Virus record (IMG/VR): IMGVR_UViG_3300027741_000036
Coordinates: 64,001 to 102,015 of that record
Source: a virus
Taxonomy: Duplodnaviria; Heunggongvirae; Uroviricota; Caudoviricetes; Crassvirales
Direction: 5' to 3' (one strand)
DNA: 38,015 bases
In this document: positions 26,134 through 35,554 of the stretch, one piece after another
Numbering within the stretch: position 1 is the first letter of the stretch
Layout: each line of letters starts with the position of its first letter
The notes under the pieces: generated by a model
Seen by the model: the letters and a program-made list of their open reading frames with translations, nothing else
Told to the model about the DNA's origin: nothing
Databases searched by the model: none
Position numbers and translations under genes: made by a program

Positions 26134-26866
26134 TGAATTCTTTTAATAATTTTGAATAATCTTTTTTCCAGTTAGGTTTTAGTTGTATATCTCCTGTAGG
26201 AATCTTGCCTTGTTGTTTAAGATTTTCTATATGTAGAGAATGTCTTTGAATAGCATTAGGCCTACCAGGAACATCATGTCCTTCTCCAGACATATGATAA
26301 CCTCTTCCTCCCCACATATAAAACCAACTAGCTTCATCATCAGGCATTTTTACAAACTTTCTTCCTCCATAAGCATGAAGTCTTTCTATAAATGTCATAT
26401 CATATCCTGCATTTTCTTTAGGGTGTTTTCCTATAGCTTCCCATGCAGATTTTCTAAATACAATTCCTGAATTACCTATCCAACCTACTTTTTCAATTCC
26501 AGTGATGTGACATAAAGCACCAGTTTCCCAGTGTAAAATGTTTACATCATCTGTAAAATATTTAAATACATTACTAAGGTGGTTTGGTAGAGCTACATCA
26601 TCATCATCCCATTGACATATAATATCTCCAGAACAATATTCCATAGCAAAGTTTTCTTTATCTCCAATTACACTGAATGTATAATTGAGATTGATAATCT
26701 TCACCTCAGGATGATCAAATATAAGAGTTTGTAGGGGATAATCATTAACTATAATTAGTTCCTTGGGACCAGGATAGTCTTGCTGGAGAAAACTATATAA
26801 AGATTCCTCCAGTGTATCTATCCTTCCATAAGTAATCATCTTACATGATATTAATGGGTAGTTCAT
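26096..26866 (-). CDS. Family 2 glycosyltransferase
   Basis: PLIS..TYGR..SFLQQDY..ELIIVND..QWDDDD GT-A/GT2 motifs. Confidence 0.88.
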   Translation of the reverse strand: MNYPLISCKMITYGRIDTLEESLYSFLQQDYPGPKELIIVNDYPLQTLIFDHPEVKIINLNYTFSVIGDKENFAMEYCSGDIICQWDDDDVALPNHLSNVFKYFTDDVNILHWETGALCHITGIEKVGWIGNSGIVFRKSAWEAIGKHPKENAGYDMTFIERLHAYGGRKFVKMPDDEASWFYMWGGRGYHMSGEGHDVPGRPNAIQRHSLHIENLKQQGKIPTGDIQLKPNWKKDYSKLLKEFNEKTRENLQRVL

Positions 26867-27165
26867 TAGCCAATAGATGTTAGTTTTAAAAATCTTTCAC
26901 CATCAGCAGGATCAAGATAGATCTCAGATTGGAAAGTGTCCTTCACTCTCTTTTGTCCTCTCATCTTATTTGTTTTAGGATCTATATCAGGAACTTCTTG
27001 AGCTCTTTCATGTAGATCATCTAATAAAACTAATGTACGTTTGTCATTCATAGTGATTGTACGTACAACCTTATTGATGTTAAAACTGTCTCTGAACTCT
27101 TTGAATTCAGGATTTTCTGGTGTTCCAGATACAAGCTCTTTACGAGTGTAGAAAAATTGATTCAT
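26866..27165 (-). CDS. Hypothetical protein (start trimmed to MNQFFY)
   Basis: 99 aa; A-rich leader before ATG 27165; 1-nt overlap with GT2 start. Confidence 0.7.
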   Translation of the reverse strand: MNQFFYTRKELVSGTPENPEFKEFRDSFNINKVVRTITMNDKRTLVLLDDLHERAQEVPDIDPKTNKMRGQKRVKDTFQSEIYLDPADGERFLKLTSIG

Positions 27166-27181
27166 TTTATTGGTTTTTGGT

Positions 27182-27307
27182 TTAAATAATTCCATTACTT
27201 TTAGCAATAGGTTGTCCTATATTTTCAAATCCTTTCTTAATGGATTTTGTGACTTTCTTTACCACCTTGCTAAGTTTACTTTTTGTTTTCTTCTTTTTAC
27301 TTTCCAT
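27182..27307 (-). CDS. Possible 41-aa basic peptide (absent from ORF track)
   Basis: MESKKKKTKSKLSKVVKKVTKSIKKGFENIGQPIAKSNGII fills the gap and overlaps the phoH stop by 11 nt. Confidence 0.45.
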   Translation of the reverse strand: MESKKKKTKSKLSKVVKKVTKSIKKGFENIGQPIAKSNGII

Positions 27308-27947
27308 ATTCTAATTCTAATATTTTACCCACAAGATCAGACCTGTGGTTGTGTTTGAGATTTATATATTTAATCTCTGGAATCTTTTTAACAAGAGATG
27401 TGATGAAACTTAGGCCATTGAACTCATCTCTAATATCCTTTTGTTCATTGTCCCCATTAATTATAATCTTACCATTCTTTCCTAGTCTTGTAACAATTGC
27501 TAACATCTCTGCCTTGCTTAAGTTTTGGGCTTCTTCAACAATCAATATGTCATCAATTGTTTTTCCTCTTATAAACTGTACAGGTAGTGCATTGATCTTT
27601 TTAGCAGTGACCATTTCTTCAACCTTCACCTTATCATAACACTTCATAAGATTTTCTTGAAATGCTTCTAAATAAGGATCAAACTTTTCATCAAGACCTC
27701 CTGGAAGAAATCCAAGACTTTTACCCACCTCAATAGCAGCTCTTGTAATTAAGATTTGATCACATTGTTTTTTAAAAAGGAAATCTAAAGCAACTTGAGC
27801 ACTAACAAGACTCTTACCACAACCAGCTCTACCAGTGATGATAACAATCTGATTCTCAAGGATGAGTCTTTTAGCTTCTTTCTGTTCTTCGTTTAATGTA
27901 ATTTTATATTTAATGTCTTGTTTACGTTCTCTGTTAGGTTCTTTCAT
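27297..27947 (-). CDS. phoH: PhoH-family ATPase
   Basis: GRAGCGKS Walker A; FIRGKT, EEAQN, TRLG, GDNEQ, HRS motifs. Confidence 0.93.
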   Translation of the reverse strand: MKEPNRERKQDIKYKITLNEEQKEAKRLILENQIVIITGRAGCGKSLVSAQVALDFLFKKQCDQILITRAAIEVGKSLGFLPGGLDEKFDPYLEAFQENLMKCYDKVKVEEMVTAKKINALPVQFIRGKTIDDILIVEEAQNLSKAEMLAIVTRLGKNGKIIINGDNEQKDIRDEFNGLSFITSLVKKIPEIKYINLKHNHRSDLVGKILELEYGK

Positions 27948-27960
27948 ATTTAAGTTTTAC

Positions 27961-27968
27961 CAAAGATA
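27961..27968 (-). promoter_or_regulatory. -7 element (TATCTTTG) upstream of phoH
   Basis: Exact TAnnTTTG 13 nt upstream of ATG; no good -33 element at the expected spacing. Confidence 0.45.
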
Positions 27969-27969
27969 A

Positions 27970-28362
27970 CTATTTATCAAACTTGTTCCTAACTTCTTCT
28001 ATTTTATCTCTAACAAAATCAGTTACAAAACCTCTTGTTTTAAGATCGTGACATTCTAAACACACTAACATTATATTTTCTTCTTTAAGTTTGAGATCAG
28101 GGTATTTACTTTTCTCAAGAAGATGATCAAACATATAAGAAAGTGGCTCACTACCAAGCCACTTCTTACAGTTTTCACATTTGTGTTCTTTTCTCTTTCT
28201 CCATATATCAAGGAAGAACTCTTGCATTTGTAAAATTTGTGCTGAATCATCGGAAGTTTTCCGTTTAATAGCTGAAAATTTTACATTTTTAAGGGCCTTT
28301 CTTGGTTTGTGCTGAAAGCAGTATTCACTTTCAGCGTTCTTTCCACATGTTTTACATTTCAT
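27970..28362 (-). CDS. HNH endonuclease-like protein with N-terminal zinc finger
   Basis: CKTC..YCFQH; CENC..FDHLLEKS..ENIMLVCLECH. Confidence 0.8.
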   Translation of the reverse strand: MKCKTCGKNAESEYCFQHKPRKALKNVKFSAIKRKTSDDSAQILQMQEFFLDIWRKRKEHKCENCKKWLGSEPLSYMFDHLLEKSKYPDLKLKEENIMLVCLECHDLKTRGFVTDFVRDKIEEVRNKFDK

Positions 28363-29042
28363 ATTTCAATTATATTTCCAAATGATGTAAGTCCTAGATC
28401 AAATCTTCCATCATGTACACATGAAGCGTTAGAAAAGATTGTTGGTGTTTTTGAATAATGAGAGATTCCTTGATTATCACATCCTGGAGAATCATGAATG
28501 TGTCCAAACAACATCACTTTAGGTTTTAGTTTCCATACAGCTTTCATAAGAGCACTGTCTCCACAGAATTCAAGCATTCCATCTCTATCGTGTGAAAGAT
28601 CTCTAACACCTTTAGGAGGACCATGAACTATAAGAACATCTGTATCTTCAGGAATATGTTCCCACGCTCTACCAATGGTTTCTCTACGCTTCATAAAAGC
28701 CCATTGACCAAATGTAGGAGTGTAAGGACTTCCCCAAAACTTAACACCATCTATAGTGGTGGCTGCATTCTCAAGATAGGTGATTCCTACAGAATGAAAA
28801 TCTGCTGGTGTCACTCTGTTACGCTCTATAGATGTATCATGATTACCTGCTACATAGATTTTGTGTTTAATAGGAACATCTTTATACCAACCTATAAAAG
28901 CTCTAACTTCTTGTTCATTCCTAATAAGGTCTTTATAATTGGAACAATCTCCTGAATGCACAACAACATCTATGTCTTTAAATCTCTCCATAGGAAACAT
29001 CTCATGGTTACCATGACTATCACTAATGTGTAATATTCTCAT
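28359..29042 (-). CDS. Calcineurin-like metallophosphoesterase
   Basis: HISDSH, HSGD, GNHD, HGPP, GHIH. Confidence 0.92.
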   Translation of the reverse strand: MRILHISDSHGNHEMFPMERFKDIDVVVHSGDCSNYKDLIRNEQEVRAFIGWYKDVPIKHKIYVAGNHDTSIERNRVTPADFHSVGITYLENAATTIDGVKFWGSPYTPTFGQWAFMKRRETIGRAWEHIPEDTDVLIVHGPPKGVRDLSHDRDGMLEFCGDSALMKAVWKLKPKVMLFGHIHDSPGCDNQGISHYSKTPTIFSNASCVHDGRFDLGLTSFGNIIEI

Positions 29043-29272
29043 TTTACTTTGTTATAGGTTTTAAATGTTGCTCTTGTATTATACATTTCAATTAAAAAAT
29101 TGATTTTCTCTTTCCATTCTTGATAGACCTTCTTCTTTCGTTTATCAATCTTAGCTCCCTCATCAAAGAGTTTTTCGATTTCATCATGAAGATCAACCAA
29201 ATTAATGTATTGCTTCTTGAAGATGTTAAGATCGTCTTCATCAAGCTGTAATATTAATTTTCCCATCTGCAA
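29039..29272 (-). CDS. Hypothetical protein
   Basis: 77 aa, coupled to both neighbours. Confidence 0.65.
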   Translation of the reverse strand: MQMGKLILQLDEDDLNIFKKQYINLVDLHDEIEKLFDEGAKIDKRKKKVYQEWKEKINFLIEMYNTRATFKTYNKVK

Positions 29273-29774
29273 TGTTTGTTGTAGTTATGAATTTAGGATC
29301 AATATAAAAGGTGTTATTTGAAGAAGTATTCAAATCTCCTATTCCTGTAGAACCAAATCCACCTTCTCCTCTTATAGAATCATCTAATGATAAGACTTCT
29401 ACAAATGATGTAGGAATGATTGGCATAAAATAGATTTGTCCTATTCTATCTCCTACAGCATAAGGAAGTGCTTCATAAACTCCTCCTATAGAATTAAGCT
29501 TCATCATCCACTCTCCTCTATAATCACTGTCTATTATACCTGTTGAATTGTTCATCACCCACTTGTATTTAGTGATGTTGCTTCTAGGAACTAATATTCC
29601 CATATAGCCCACTGGTATTTCTGTTGCAAATCCTAATCCATAAGTAACTATTCCACCATATTCTGCTGTTACACTTGTAGCATAAACATCAAAACATGCA
29701 GCATGCTCACTCCCCTTTACAGGAAGTTGAGCATCAGCATGCATTTTTTTAAATTTCACTTGCATTTTCTTCAA
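29241..29774 (-). CDS. dut: Trimeric dUTPase
   Basis: ACFDV, PRSN, GIIDSDYRGE, GDRIGQ, RGEGGFGSTG (motifs I-V). Confidence 0.95.
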   Translation of the reverse strand: MKKMQVKFKKMHADAQLPVKGSEHAACFDVYATSVTAEYGGIVTYGLGFATEIPVGYMGILVPRSNITKYKWVMNNSTGIIDSDYRGEWMMKLNSIGGVYEALPYAVGDRIGQIYFMPIIPTSFVEVLSLDDSIRGEGGFGSTGIGDLNTSSNNTFYIDPKFITTTNIADGKINITA

Positions 29775-30774
29775 TTTTTACGTTATTAATTTTGTTTAAA
29801 ATCTGTTTTACAATGTCATTATAGAACTCTTCATTGTCCATTAACATTCTTTTGAAATCTTCAAGATCATACTTCACCTCATTAATGGTCATTGTCTTAC
29901 CATACTTTCTACCTATCTCAAATTCGTTAATCAATTCCATTAGTTCTCCAATCTTATCAATACCCTGACCATAGATGATTTCAAACTGTGACATTCTATA
30001 TGGAGGAGACATTTTGTTCTTGACAGCTTTTACCTTAGTGATGTTACCATAAGCTTGATCTCCTTCTTTAGCAAGAGATTTAGACACTTCTAAACGAACA
30101 TCACAATAAAACTTAAGAGCATGACCTCCCTGTGTTGTGGTGGGATTACCAAACATAACACCTATCTTCTCTCTATACTGAGAGATGACAATAACACATA
30201 CATTGTGTTGTGACAAAGCACCTTTAAGCTTTGGATAGGCATTTGAATTAAGCAGGGCTTTCTTACCAATAGAAGAATCACCCACCTCACCATCTAACAC
30301 TTTCTTAGGAATCAAAGAAGAATCTGAATCTATGATGATAAGATCAATGGTTCCTGTTTCAATCATTTCCATAGCAATGTTAAAACCTTCCTCACCACAT
30401 GATGGTTGAGCAATTAACATCTTGGTGGTATCAACACCAAGAGCTTCAAAATAATTCTTATCAACAGCATGTTCACCATCTATATACAGAACAACACCAC
30501 CTTTCTTTTGGCATTCTGCTACAGCATGACCACAAATTGTTGATTTACCTGAACCTTCCCATCCCATAAGTTCATACATCTTACCTTTTACAAATCCACC
30601 TGTTCCCAATGTAATATGATCAAACCCAACACTTCCTGTGCTGATAAGATCATAATCACCAGTTGTCTTACTATCTAATGTAAGAACAGTACCTACACCA
30701 TAAGCTTTGTTTAGCTTATCAAGTGCATCTTGAAATTTACCTTTGCTCTCTGGAGCTTCTTTTACTTTCGCCAT
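29749..30774 (-). CDS. recA: RecA recombinase
   Basis: GWEGSGKST Walker A, YIDGEHAVD, IIIDS, TTQGGHALKFY..RL, VKNKMSPPY. Confidence 0.95.
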   Translation of the reverse strand: MAKVKEAPESKGKFQDALDKLNKAYGVGTVLTLDSKTTGDYDLISTGSVGFDHITLGTGGFVKGKMYELMGWEGSGKSTICGHAVAECQKKGGVVLYIDGEHAVDKNYFEALGVDTTKMLIAQPSCGEEGFNIAMEMIETGTIDLIIIDSDSSLIPKKVLDGEVGDSSIGKKALLNSNAYPKLKGALSQHNVCVIVISQYREKIGVMFGNPTTTQGGHALKFYCDVRLEVSKSLAKEGDQAYGNITKVKAVKNKMSPPYRMSQFEIIYGQGIDKIGELMELINEFEIGRKYGKTMTINEVKYDLEDFKRMLMDNEEFYNDIVKQILNKINNVKIEENASEI

Positions 30775-30794
30775 ATTGATTGATTTTTAGTCTG

Positions 30795-30826
30795 TAAAGT
30801 TAATTAATTATTCTCGTTTTGACAAA
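30795..30826 (-). promoter_or_regulatory. Bacteroidota-type promoter for recA
   Basis: TTTG (30826-23, end of the terminator T tract), 20-nt spacer, TAACTTTA (30802-30795). Confidence 0.55.
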
Positions 30827-30860
30827 AAAAAAGAGGCCCTAATGTAGAAACATTGGGCCT
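30824..30860 (-). terminator. Intrinsic terminator downstream of RNR
   Basis: AGGCCCAATGT-TTCT-ACATTAGGGCCT (one bulge) followed by C and T9 on the - strand. Confidence 0.8.
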
Positions 30861-30898
30861 GTCATTACTCAATCATCAAAAACGAAACAAAAACAATA

Positions 30899-32824
30899 TT
30901 ATTCTACAGCGCATGCACCACCAGCACAAGCTGCTGTCTGACCAAATTCTACATGGTCTTCTATCTCCATAACCTTTGTAAGATCTATAGAGTGTAACGT
31001 AGCAATTCTTTTATTATATTCTTCTTCTGTTATGTCTTGAAAAGGGGCTTGGACATAAGAACCTCCATCATAGTTCAAAACTGACAAACCATTGTATGAT
31101 TCTCTATTCTCCCACATCCATTCTCCTACAACTTCCCATTCATTTAACTCTTGAACAACTGCTCCTCCAACACCTACATATTTTGAACGAGCATAGTCTG
31201 TATCTTTATACATTCTATTTTTATCAATAGAAATTGTAGCACTTACATTGTGTGTATTATCACCATTAACATGTCCTGGTGTGACCCATTCTGTAGCAAA
31301 CTTCTTAACACGCTCTAATGTATCAATAGCTGTTTCTGTTCTAAATATAGAACCTTCAGGTGCTTTAATAGGAATTCTTACACACAATGTATCTTTTGGT
31401 CTAAGTACATCATCTTCACATAGTTCAGGATGATTTACTTCCATAAACATTGCTATGTCTTCATTCTTGTTAAAACGTACAGTTCTTAAATAATATGGAG
31501 CATGCCAAGCATGAATACCACTAGCAGTTCCTAATACACAAGATGTTGTACCAGAAGGTTTAATACATGTTATACGAGCTGCTTCATTAGTTCCTATTAT
31601 AGCTGATATTGTAGAATTTACCACCTTAGCTGTGTTAGCTGCTATTTCAAGATCTGCTTCAAGAATCTTTCCTGAACCAATACCTGTCATTCCTATTCCT
31701 AATAGAGCATCCTTGTCTGTAGTTTGTTTCCATATAGGACGTAAGTAATGGAAGTCTGTAAATCCTGCTTGTAATGTACCAAAGAATGCTGCTACAGCTA
31801 CACGATCATTAAGATCTAGTTGATTCACAACATCATCTACATTTATCTCACATAAGTTACAGAATTGATATGGTCTAAGTCCTATTTCACAACAAGGATT
31901 AGTTCCCCAATCTTTATTGTTAGTCCAATAAACACCAGGTTCTCCAGATCCAGAAGCTTCTATTCTCTTCCAAAGAGAAAAGAATTCTGCTTCTGTAACA
32001 TTTCCTCTCTCAAGAACAGCAGAGTTATTAGCTCTACCACGTTGTTCATTTATTTCCCACCAATTACCATATTTACATGTGATCATTTCTTCATCATCAA
32101 GGCTAAACAATGCAATCATAGCACTTCTTCTAATACCACCTGCTAATACGCTGTTAGCAATATGACACAATATATCATGTGCTTCTATAGGAGATAGATG
32201 CTCTCCTTCCTGTTTTCTGTCTAAAATAGCTTGTACATGTGTGAGACAAAGTTTTAATGGTTCAGGACCAGGAGCTTTACCACCAGCTGTAATCAACCTA
32301 GCACCTTTCTGTCTAATAGCTCTGAAATCAAATGAAGGCATAAACTTACCTTCCATATAAGCTTTGAACAACACCTTAACAGCATCAGCCCAGCCCATAA
32401 TAGAATCCTCAATTAGATAGGTTTTTTTCTTACCAGGTTTTGTAATAGCTGGAAGTTGTGCAACATGATGTTTTTGTACAGAATATCCAACACCTGTTCC
32501 TCCTAATAGCAAAAACATAGTCTCACTGAAGCTATGTAAGCTATCTATAGGAAGAAAACAGCAATTGTATATTCTTGCATTGTTCACTTCTGCAGCAGCA
32601 CCAGCAAACTGTAATGCTCTCATAGAAGGTAAGACCTTCTTCTGTCTAATGAGTTCAGCACTTTTAATAATTGCTTCCTCAAGAGTGGGGTATTTCTTGA
32701 TCATCATATTCTGATAACGATCAACTATTTCATCCCAAGTTTCTCTTCTCTTCTTCTCTGGAATAAACTTTGCATATTTACTATACACAGTTATGTCAGA
32801 TAGAGCTTGTAATCCTAAATCCAT
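30899..32824 (-). CDS. nrdJ: Class II (adenosylcobalamin-dependent) ribonucleotide reductase, monomeric RTPR type
   Basis: LPSMRALQFAG, YNCCF, TNPCCEIGL..FCNL, KPSGT, C-terminal CAGGAC redox pair; no ATP cone. Confidence 0.93.
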   Translation of the reverse strand: MDLGLQALSDITVYSKYAKFIPEKKRRETWDEIVDRYQNMMIKKYPTLEEAIIKSAELIRQKKVLPSMRALQFAGAAAEVNNARIYNCCFLPIDSLHSFSETMFLLLGGTGVGYSVQKHHVAQLPAITKPGKKKTYLIEDSIMGWADAVKVLFKAYMEGKFMPSFDFRAIRQKGARLITAGGKAPGPEPLKLCLTHVQAILDRKQEGEHLSPIEAHDILCHIANSVLAGGIRRSAMIALFSLDDEEMITCKYGNWWEINEQRGRANNSAVLERGNVTEAEFFSLWKRIEASGSGEPGVYWTNNKDWGTNPCCEIGLRPYQFCNLCEINVDDVVNQLDLNDRVAVAAFFGTLQAGFTDFHYLRPIWKQTTDKDALLGIGMTGIGSGKILEADLEIAANTAKVVNSTISAIIGTNEAARITCIKPSGTTSCVLGTASGIHAWHAPYYLRTVRFNKNEDIAMFMEVNHPELCEDDVLRPKDTLCVRIPIKAPEGSIFRTETAIDTLERVKKFATEWVTPGHVNGDNTHNVSATISIDKNRMYKDTDYARSKYVGVGGAVVQELNEWEVVGEWMWENRESYNGLSVLNYDGGSYVQAPFQDITEEEYNKRIATLHSIDLTKVMEIEDHVEFGQTAACAGGACAVE

Positions 32825-32841
32825 AATGTTTTTGTTTTAGT

Positions 32842-32881
32842 TAAAAAATAAAGGGCTGTAAATATACAACTTACAGCCCTT
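32842..32881 (-). terminator. Intrinsic terminator with an embedded promoter element
   Basis: Perfect 11-bp IR AAGGGCTGTAA (32851-61) / TTACAGCCCTT (32871-81), 9-nt loop, then TATTTTTT on the - strand. Confidence 0.75.
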
Positions 32882-32891
32882 ACAAACCAAA
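32859..32891 (-). promoter_or_regulatory. Bacteroidota-type promoter for nrdJ
   Basis: TTTG (32891-88), 21-nt spacer, TATATTTA (32866-59). Confidence 0.55.
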
Positions 32892-32904
32892 TAAATTAAA
32901 AATA

Positions 32905-33156
32905 TTACTTAACAAAGTTTCTTACAGCTGCACCAAGATCTGCATCATTACCATGAAGGTTAACCAAACAAGTTAACTCTTCCTTCAGATACATAAGTTT
33001 CTCAATGTACAACGTAGCATCCATAAGCTCTTCTTGTAAATGCTTAAGGTAGTTGTCCTTGTTATTTGTAAACAAAGTGGTACCATACTTAGTAATACCT
33101 ATTTGACTTCTCTCATAGAATTTATCTATGACATCATCTACTATTTTGTCTCTCAT
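32905..33156 (-). CDS. Small all-alpha NTP-pyrophosphatase (MazG-like) fold protein, tentative
   Basis: RSQIGITKYGTTL..HLQEELMDATLY: EExxD helix pattern; lies next to RNR. Confidence 0.45.
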   Translation of the reverse strand: MRDKIVDDVIDKFYERSQIGITKYGTTLFTNNKDNYLKHLQEELMDATLYIEKLMYLKEELTCLVNLHGNDADLGAAVRNFVK

Positions 33157-33524
33157 AATTTTTCCTCCAATAATTTAAATGATTCAATAATAGATTCTTT
33201 TTCAGCTTCTGTTCTAATTTTATAAGGATCATTTCCTAAACGTAGAAAGGTTTTATCATCTTTAATTTTCCACCAGAAGCCTGTAACCTCGTGTAAAATT
33301 TCTACATGGATTTTATGCTCATCAAATATATCAAATAGACTTCTAGGAGAAGCTTCTACCATGTTTGCTATCTTCTCATCATCTATTCCCTGTTCTCTTA
33401 CATAATTTTTGAAATCTTCAGGAAGAGATTCATCTTTAAGACTTTCTAACATCTTCTCTAAAAACCATTGTTTTATAACAATGGCTGTTTTAGGATGTTC
33501 TTGTAACAGTTCTAACATTTTCAT
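33153..33524 (-). CDS. Hypothetical protein
   Basis: 123 aa, coupled ORF. Confidence 0.7.
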   Translation of the reverse strand: MKMLELLQEHPKTAIVIKQWFLEKMLESLKDESLPEDFKNYVREQGIDDEKIANMVEASPRSLFDIFDEHKIHVEILHEVTGFWWKIKDDKTFLRLGNDPYKIRTEAEKESIIESFKLLEEKL

Positions 33525-33527
33525 AAT

Positions 33528-33725
33528 TTAAGGTTTTAATTTTAATTCTGCAGTTTTCCACCAATCTCTTTCAAAATCATATTGTGTACAAGTGAGATCT
33601 TCACCTGAAGCAATACATTCTTCAAATAGATAGGAGTTTTTTGCACTTTCCATTTTGCAATAAGCAATAGTTTGGTCTACACCAAAATCAGCAATCATTC
33701 TTACTAATAATTGTTCGTTATACAT
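33528..33725 (-). CDS. Hypothetical protein
   Basis: 65 aa, coupled ORF. Confidence 0.65.
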   Translation of the reverse strand: MYNEQLLVRMIADFGVDQTIAYCKMESAKNSYLFEECIASGEDLTCTQYDFERDWWKTAELKLKP

Positions 33726-34269
33726 ATTGTTTAATTTTATTAAGGTTTAAAGATTCTTTATCAATATTAAATCCATCCCATACTTCCATAGTGTCATCAA
33801 ACTCTACACCAAGTTTTTCTTCCCAGTATTTCTTAAGATCTTCTGTCTTATTGAAGACACGATATTGAAGAGAGATTTCATCCTTATGAAGCCCATTCTT
33901 GAATAACTTTACGATCTTTGGAAACTGTGCTTGAAACTCTTTGGAAGTTTTAGAATACAATCCTTCTTTAACAAGAAGAAAATCACTCTTGAATTTCTCA
34001 TCTAAATTATACACAAGAACAACAAATCCTTCTGGATAGTCATAATCATCTACAATTTGGTTTGTCCTTGCATATTCCTCATCAAGGAAATCACGAAAAG
34101 CATCCATCTTTTTTGGTTTAAAAAGAGCATATACAGCGTTTTGATATTGCACATCTCTTTCTTCATCCTTTATATACCCATTTATATATCCATTTCCAAG
34201 TAGTCTTTCTCTACCTATCTTTAATGTAGGCATTATGAATATACTTGTGATGGTCTTTTTTACATCCAT
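33718..34269 (-). CDS. Hypothetical protein
   Basis: 183 aa, TAATG coupling to upstream nuclease. Confidence 0.75.
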   Translation of the reverse strand: MDVKKTITSIFIMPTLKIGRERLLGNGYINGYIKDEERDVQYQNAVYALFKPKKMDAFRDFLDEEYARTNQIVDDYDYPEGFVVLVYNLDEKFKSDFLLVKEGLYSKTSKEFQAQFPKIVKLFKNGLHKDEISLQYRVFNKTEDLKKYWEEKLGVEFDDTMEVWDGFNIDKESLNLNKIKQYV

Positions 34270-35315
34270 TAATTTCCTCCTTTTACATTTACCAATCCGT
34301 TATTAATATAGTTTCCTCTGCTAATGTTCCAAACATTATATTCAATAGCCCACTTAAGATCTTCTATAAGCTGTTTAACACCTGGATAGAATCTTCCTTT
34401 ATGTTCAAATCCCTCATAAGCATTTGTCATATCAGCAAGATCTAGTGTATATATCAATGGGTTGAAATAGTTTGTACTATCGCACACAATAAACTTTGGA
34501 TAGAGAACATAATATCCATAAAGTTCACTTTCCTCATGGATAGTCATAGATTGTGCTGCTTTATAATACAAATAGGCCTGAATATAAGCTCTTCTGTAAA
34601 GATAGTATTCCTCATAGAAATTCTCAACACTCCATGTACATTTAAGATCGTACACTTGTATTGTTCTTTCATTATGATCAATAACCATCTTATCCATCAT
34701 GCTCTTAAACAAATGGCCATCTACACCATATCCTTCTATCTGGAACTGATTATTGATAGTGTAACGTGCACTGTTTACAAGGTTTACCACTTCTGCAGTA
34801 ACAAAGTTGCTTTTCAACTCTGTCACAATATTTTCAGCATTTGTGACATCTTCTGTTGTAACCACTGTAAGACCTTTACTCTTCACTTCTCTTAGTTCCT
34901 TATAGAAGATTTCAGCATCACTTCCTATAAACTTAGCTAATACAGCATCAAACTTGATTTTAAATCCTGAATCTGCATAAGCTGCTTTGCAAATCTCTTC
35001 AAACTCTACACTAATATTTCCATTCTCATCTGTGTTTGCCATAGTGTGCTTATATAAAGCCTCTACAAAAGCTAACATTAGCCCTGTAGGAGCACTTGCA
35101 CATGTAGACATATAAAATCTACCATCAAACTCATGTGGTTCTAACAACAAGGTTTCTACCACTCTGCCTATAGTGGCAGCTTTGTTATCCTCATCCTCAA
35201 CTCTTTCATTCAGTATATACTTTTTGTGATACTTCTTTCTGTTAGTTGAGAATTCTTTTAAAGAACTTGAAGAGTCCATCTGTATGGCTCTATAACTTTT
35301 TTCTGTTTTTATCAT
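34269..35315 (-). CDS. PD-(D/E)xK exonuclease (RecE/ExoVIII-like)
   Basis: SSSSLKEF, GRVVETLLLEP, KSMMDKM..YDLK, IQAYLY. Confidence 0.8.
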   Translation of the reverse strand: MIKTEKSYRAIQMDSSSSLKEFSTNRKKYHKKYILNERVEDEDNKAATIGRVVETLLLEPHEFDGRFYMSTCASAPTGLMLAFVEALYKHTMANTDENGNISVEFEEICKAAYADSGFKIKFDAVLAKFIGSDAEIFYKELREVKSKGLTVVTTEDVTNAENIVTELKSNFVTAEVVNLVNSARYTINNQFQIEGYGVDGHLFKSMMDKMVIDHNERTIQVYDLKCTWSVENFYEEYYLYRRAYIQAYLYYKAAQSMTIHEESELYGYYVLYPKFIVCDSTNYFNPLIYTLDLADMTNAYEGFEHKGRFYPGVKQLIEDLKWAIEYNVWNISRGNYINNGLVNVKGGN

Positions 35316-35554
35316 ACTTTTTGTTTAAATGCATCAATAACATAAGGTACCATAGCCCTAACTTCTCTAGGAACTTTAACAAAGAACCACCTAACATCTA
35401 TTTCATACTCATTTCCATTAGGATCTAATCCTTTTGGGTGTATTAGCCAGAATTTGTGTTCTTCTCCATTAAGTTCTATGTGTCCTTCATACCAAATCTC
35501 TGTGAATGAAGGTTCTTTATTAATAGAGACTTTTAATTGTTTTTCATCTTCCAT
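35312..35554 (-). CDS. Hypothetical protein (start trimmed to MEDEKQ)
   Basis: 80 aa; overlaps upstream HNH stop by 11 nt; ATGA coupling downstream. Confidence 0.65.
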   Translation of the reverse strand: MEDEKQLKVSINKEPSFTEIWYEGHIELNGEEHKFWLIHPKGLDPNGNEYEIDVRWFFVKVPREVRAMVPYVIDAFKQKV

